A stretch of DNA of 39,421 nucleotides, taken from positions 1-39,421 of the IMG/VR virus record IMGVR_UViG_3300045740_000083. One strand, 5' to 3'. Under the pieces are notes generated by a model. It saw only the letters and a list, made by a program, of their open reading frames with translations, did no database searches and was not told the origin of the DNA. Shown piece after piece: positions 36,342 to 39,421 of the stretch (its first letter is position 1; every line of letters starts with the position of its first letter). This stretch comes from a virus (taxonomy: Duplodnaviria; Caudoviricetes). The translations under genes and the position numbers were made by a program.

Positions 36342-39300
36342 TGCCTTCAGTTTCAATAGGAAGCACAAGTTATAACGTTACTGTAGGTTATACACCTTCT
36401 CTTAGGGTAGCAAGAGAGGCTGATAGTCTACAAGGTGTTCAGGGAACTCAAGGAGTTATAGGAACGACCGGAATTCAGGGTCTTCAAGGACTTCAAGGAA
36501 CACAAGGTTTAGATGGTGCTTTTGCTGGGCAAGGTGTTCAAGGCACACAAGGAACTCAAGGTACTCAAGGTTTACAGGGTTTACAAGGTGCGCAAGGCAT
36601 TCAGGGAACTCAAGGTACTCAAGGTCTTCAAGGTGTACAAGGAACTCAAGGAACACAAGGTACTCAAGGACTATTAGGTGCTCAAGGTTTTGTTGGTATT
36701 CAAGGATTACTTGGACCACAAGGTATTCAGGGTGGAATAGGAATTCAAGGATCTTTAGGTACTCAAGGTTCTCAAGGAACTCAAGGATTACAAGGTCTTC
36801 AAGGTTTACAAGGTCTTCAAGGTGTTCAAGGAACACAAGGTCTTCAAGGCGTTCAGGGTGTTCAAGGTCTTTCTAATCAAGGAACACAAGGAACTCAGGG
36901 TCTTAGAGGTATTCAGGGTAATGTAGGAACTCAAGGTTCTGTTGGAATACAAGGCGCACAAGGTATTCAGGGAACTCAAGGTATTCAGGGAACACAAGGC
37001 ACACAAGGATTACAAGGACCTCTTGGTGTTCAAGGAACTCAAGGAACTCAAGGTATAATTGGTATTCAAGGATCTGTAGGATCTCAGGGATCTGTTGGAG
37101 CACAAGGATCTATCGGTGCTCAGGGTTCTATTGGTATTCAAGGTGATGTAGGAACTCAAGGTTCTTATGGTTCTCAAGGATCTGTAGGAGCACAAGGATC
37201 TATCGGTGCTCAGGGTTCTATTGGTATTCAAGGTGATGTAGGAACTCAAGGTTTAGCAGGTATTCAAGGTGAGATTGGTGCTCAAGGCACACAAGGAACT
37301 CAGGGCACACAAGGAACTCAAGGTTTACAAGGTCTTCAAGGAACTCAAGGAACTCAAGGATTACAAGGTTCTCAGGGAATTCAAGGTATAATTGGTATTC
37401 AGGGTGATATCGGTTCTCAAGGTATTCAGGGAACCACTGGATCTTTTGGTGGTGCTGCTTTTGATTACACATTCAGCACTGGAATTACAACTGTTGGAAT
37501 TACGACTGGTATTGCAAGATTCAACGAAGTAGGAATTATCACAGCAACTTATCTTTATATCAACCAATATGATGATAATGCGGTTTCTATCTTCAATTAT
37601 CTACAAACTATTGATGATTCCACATCAGTAATTAAAGGGCACTTTACAATATCCGAAAAAACAAACACCGCAAACAGCACTATGTTTGCGATTGTTGGTT
37701 TACACTCACATGACACAACTTATTTTGAGGTTCCTGTTGCATATGTTTCAGGTGTTTCTACATCATTTACTGATGGATTGGATGTTATTATTACCTTTGC
37801 AAGAACTGGTGATAAGGGAGACACTGGAGCACAAGGTACTCAAGGAACTCAAGGTACTCAGGGATTACAAGGAACTCAAGGTACTCAGGGATTACAAGGA
37901 ACTCAAGGTTTGATGGGCATCCAAGGTGATGCTGGTATTCAAGGTTTTGCGGGTATTCAAGGTGATGCTGGAGCACAGGGAACATCAGGAATACAAGGTC
38001 AACTTGGATCTCAAGGTGCTATTGGTATTCAAGGTGATGTAGGAACTCAAGGATCTGTAGGATCTCAAGGTCTCTCTGGTGTCCAGGGAGATACTGGTGC
38101 TCAAGGTGAAATTGGAGCACAAGGTTCTATTGGAATCCAAGGTGATATAGGAACTCAAGGATCTGTAGGATCTCAAGGTCTCTCTGGTATCCAAGGTGAT
38201 GCTGGTATTCAGGGAACTCAAGGAACTCAGGGAACAATTGGTATTCAAGGTGATGTTGGAGCACAAGGTCTTGCTGGTATTCAGGGAAATATAGGCATTC
38301 AAGGTGATACTGGTGCTCAAGGAACTCAGGGAACTCAGGGTATAATTGGTATTCAAGGTGATATAGGAGCACAAGGATTAGAAGGTTCTCAAGGAACACA
38401 AGGCACTCAAGGATTACAAGGTTTACAAGGAACCATAGGCATTCAAGGTGATGCTGGTGCTCAAGGAACTCAGGGAACTCAGGGTATAATTGGTATTCAA
38501 GGTGATATAGGAGCACAAGGAACTACAGGATCTCAAGGATTAGCAGGAATTCAAGGTGATGTAGGTGCTCAAGGTGAAATTGGAGCACAAGGAACATCAG
38601 GCATTCAAGGTGATGCTGGCATCCAAGGAACACAAGGAACTCAGGGAACTATTGGTATTCAAGGTTTCACAGGTATTCAAGGTGATGTTGGTTCTCAAGG
38701 AACTCAAGGTACACAAGGTCTTCAAGGATTACAGGGAACTCAAGGATTACAGGGCACACAAGGCGAACAAGGTGCTCAAGGTGAGGTAGGTTCTCAAGGT
38801 CTTCAAGGAACCCAAGGTACACAGGGAACTCAAGGAATTATTGGTATTCAAGGTGAACTTGGTTTACAAGGAACTGTAGGAGAAACTGGTGCTCAAGGTG
38901 CTACTGGTTCTCAAGGTTTTGTTGGTTCTCAAGGAACAACAGGTTTGCAAGGTTTGACTGGAGAAACTGGTGCTCAAGGTGCTACTGGTTCTCAAGGTGC
39001 TCAAGGAACAGATGGTATTCAAGGAACACAAGGATTACAGGGAGAGTTAGGAGCACAAGGAACATCAGGTATTCAAGGTGATGTTGGAGCACAAGGATCC
39101 GTTGGTGCTCAAGGTATTTCTGGTATTCAAGGAACCTCAGGTATTCAAGGTCTTGCTGGTGTCCAAGGTGATGCTGGTATTCAAGGAACTCAAGGATTAG
39201 AGGGATCACAAGGAACTCAGGGAACTCAGGGAACTCAAGGAGTACAAGGTCTTCAGGGAACTCAAGGTATTATTGGTATTCAAGGCACTCAAGGAACTCA

Positions 39301-39421
39301 AGGTGTTCAAGGTGCTGAGGGTAGTTTTGGTGGTGCTGCTTTTGATTATACTTTTGATAGTTCAACAGTTGATAGTGATCCAGGACAGGGTAAATTAAGA
39401 CTCAATCAAACTGGAATTACT
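36341..39421 (+). CDS. Collagen-like fibre protein (Gly-X-Gln), 3' truncated, >1020 aa, not in the ORF track
   Basis: Starts at ATG 36341 (MPSVSIGSTSYNVTVGYTPSLRVAREADSLQGVQGTQG...) and stays in frame to the window end. Two long G-X-Y tracts (~36430-37440 and ~37810-39320) are each followed by a GSFGGAAFDYTF domain. Confidence 0.9.
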   Translation, partial: MPSVSIGSTSYNVTVGYTPSLRVAREADSLQGVQGTQGVIGTTGIQGLQGLQGTQGLDGAFAGQGVQGTQGTQGTQGLQGLQGAQGIQGTQGTQGLQGVQGTQGTQGTQGLLGAQGFVGIQGLLGPQGIQGGIGIQGSLGTQGSQGTQGLQGLQGLQGLQGVQGTQGLQGVQGVQGLSNQGTQGTQGLRGIQGNVGTQGSVGIQGAQGIQGTQGIQGTQGTQGLQGPLGVQGTQGTQGIIGIQGSVGSQGSVGAQGSIGAQGSIGIQGDVGTQGSYGSQGSVGAQGSIGAQGSIGIQGDVGTQGLAGIQGEIGAQGTQGTQGTQGTQGLQGLQGTQGTQGLQGSQGIQGIIGIQGDIGSQGIQGTTGSFGGAAFDYTFSTGITTVGITTGIARFNEVGIITATYLYINQYDDNAVSIFNYLQTIDDSTSVIKGHFTISEKTNTANSTMFAIVGLHSHDTTYFEVPVAYVSGVSTSFTDGLDVIITFARTGDKGDTGAQGTQGTQGTQGLQGTQGTQGLQGTQGLMGIQGDAGIQGFAGIQGDAGAQGTSGIQGQLGSQGAIGIQGDVGTQGSVGSQGLSGVQGDTGAQGEIGAQGSIGIQGDIGTQGSVGSQGLSGIQGDAGIQGTQGTQGTIGIQGDVGAQGLAGIQGNIGIQGDTGAQGTQGTQGIIGIQGDIGAQGLEGSQGTQGTQGLQGLQGTIGIQGDAGAQGTQGTQGIIGIQGDIGAQGTTGSQGLAGIQGDVGAQGEIGAQGTSGIQGDAGIQGTQGTQGTIGIQGFTGIQGDVGSQGTQGTQGLQGLQGTQGLQGTQGEQGAQGEVGSQGLQGTQGTQGTQGIIGIQGELGLQGTVGETGAQGATGSQGFVGSQGTTGLQGLTGETGAQGATGSQGAQGTDGIQGTQGLQGELGAQGTSGIQGDVGAQGSVGAQGISGIQGTSGIQGLAGVQGDAGIQGTQGLEGSQGTQGTQGTQGVQGLQGTQGIIGIQGTQGTQGVQGAEGSFGGAAFDYTFDSSTVDSDPGQGKLRLNQTGIT

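Noticed and set aside
36456-39209. Many minus-strand and off-frame ORFs (LEYLEFL / LNTLSSL type)
   Set aside because: They are shadows of the 9-nt periodic collagen gene on the plus strand.
1-39421. Stop-codon reassignment, introns or inteins
   Set aside because: Core genes are intact under the standard code with TAA, TAG and TGA all used as stops. I saw no interrupted genes or intein motifs.

Overview
This window is a segment of a T4-like cyanomyovirus (cyanophage) genome. The assignment rests on T4 core genes, CP12, PhoH, ThyX, TATAAATA-type late promoters and sigma70-type early promoters. From left to right it holds: (1) a replication/transcription block (thyX, phoH, exonuclease, gp33, gp59, gp32); (2) a minus-strand baseplate/head-completion block (gp53, gp48, gp2, gp4); (3) a plus-strand hub/tail block (gp54-like, gp26, gp51, two tape-measure/hub-like paralogs carrying M23 and SleB-like hydrolase domains, a gp27-like hub protein, CP12, gp5 and associated proteins); (4) an accessory island with tRNA-Leu(UAA), tRNA-Thr(UGU), two 2OG-Fe(II) oxygenases and a Mom-like GNAT; (5) a fibre region with a 1969-aa structural protein, a repeat-rich fibre, a glycine-rich protein, four more 2OG-Fe(II) oxygenases and a >1000-aa Gly-X-Gln collagen-like protein that runs off the right end. 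The strongest signals are a complete candidate -1 ribosomal frameshift cassette joining gp26 to gp51 just upstream of the tape-measure-like genes, an oxygenase cluster interleaved with glycine-rich/collagen fibres, a duplicated ~55-nt intergenic element, a promoter-terminator unit that may make a ~60-nt RNA, and a tRNA-Leu with no long variable arm. All product calls come from motif recognition and gene order; no database searches were run.
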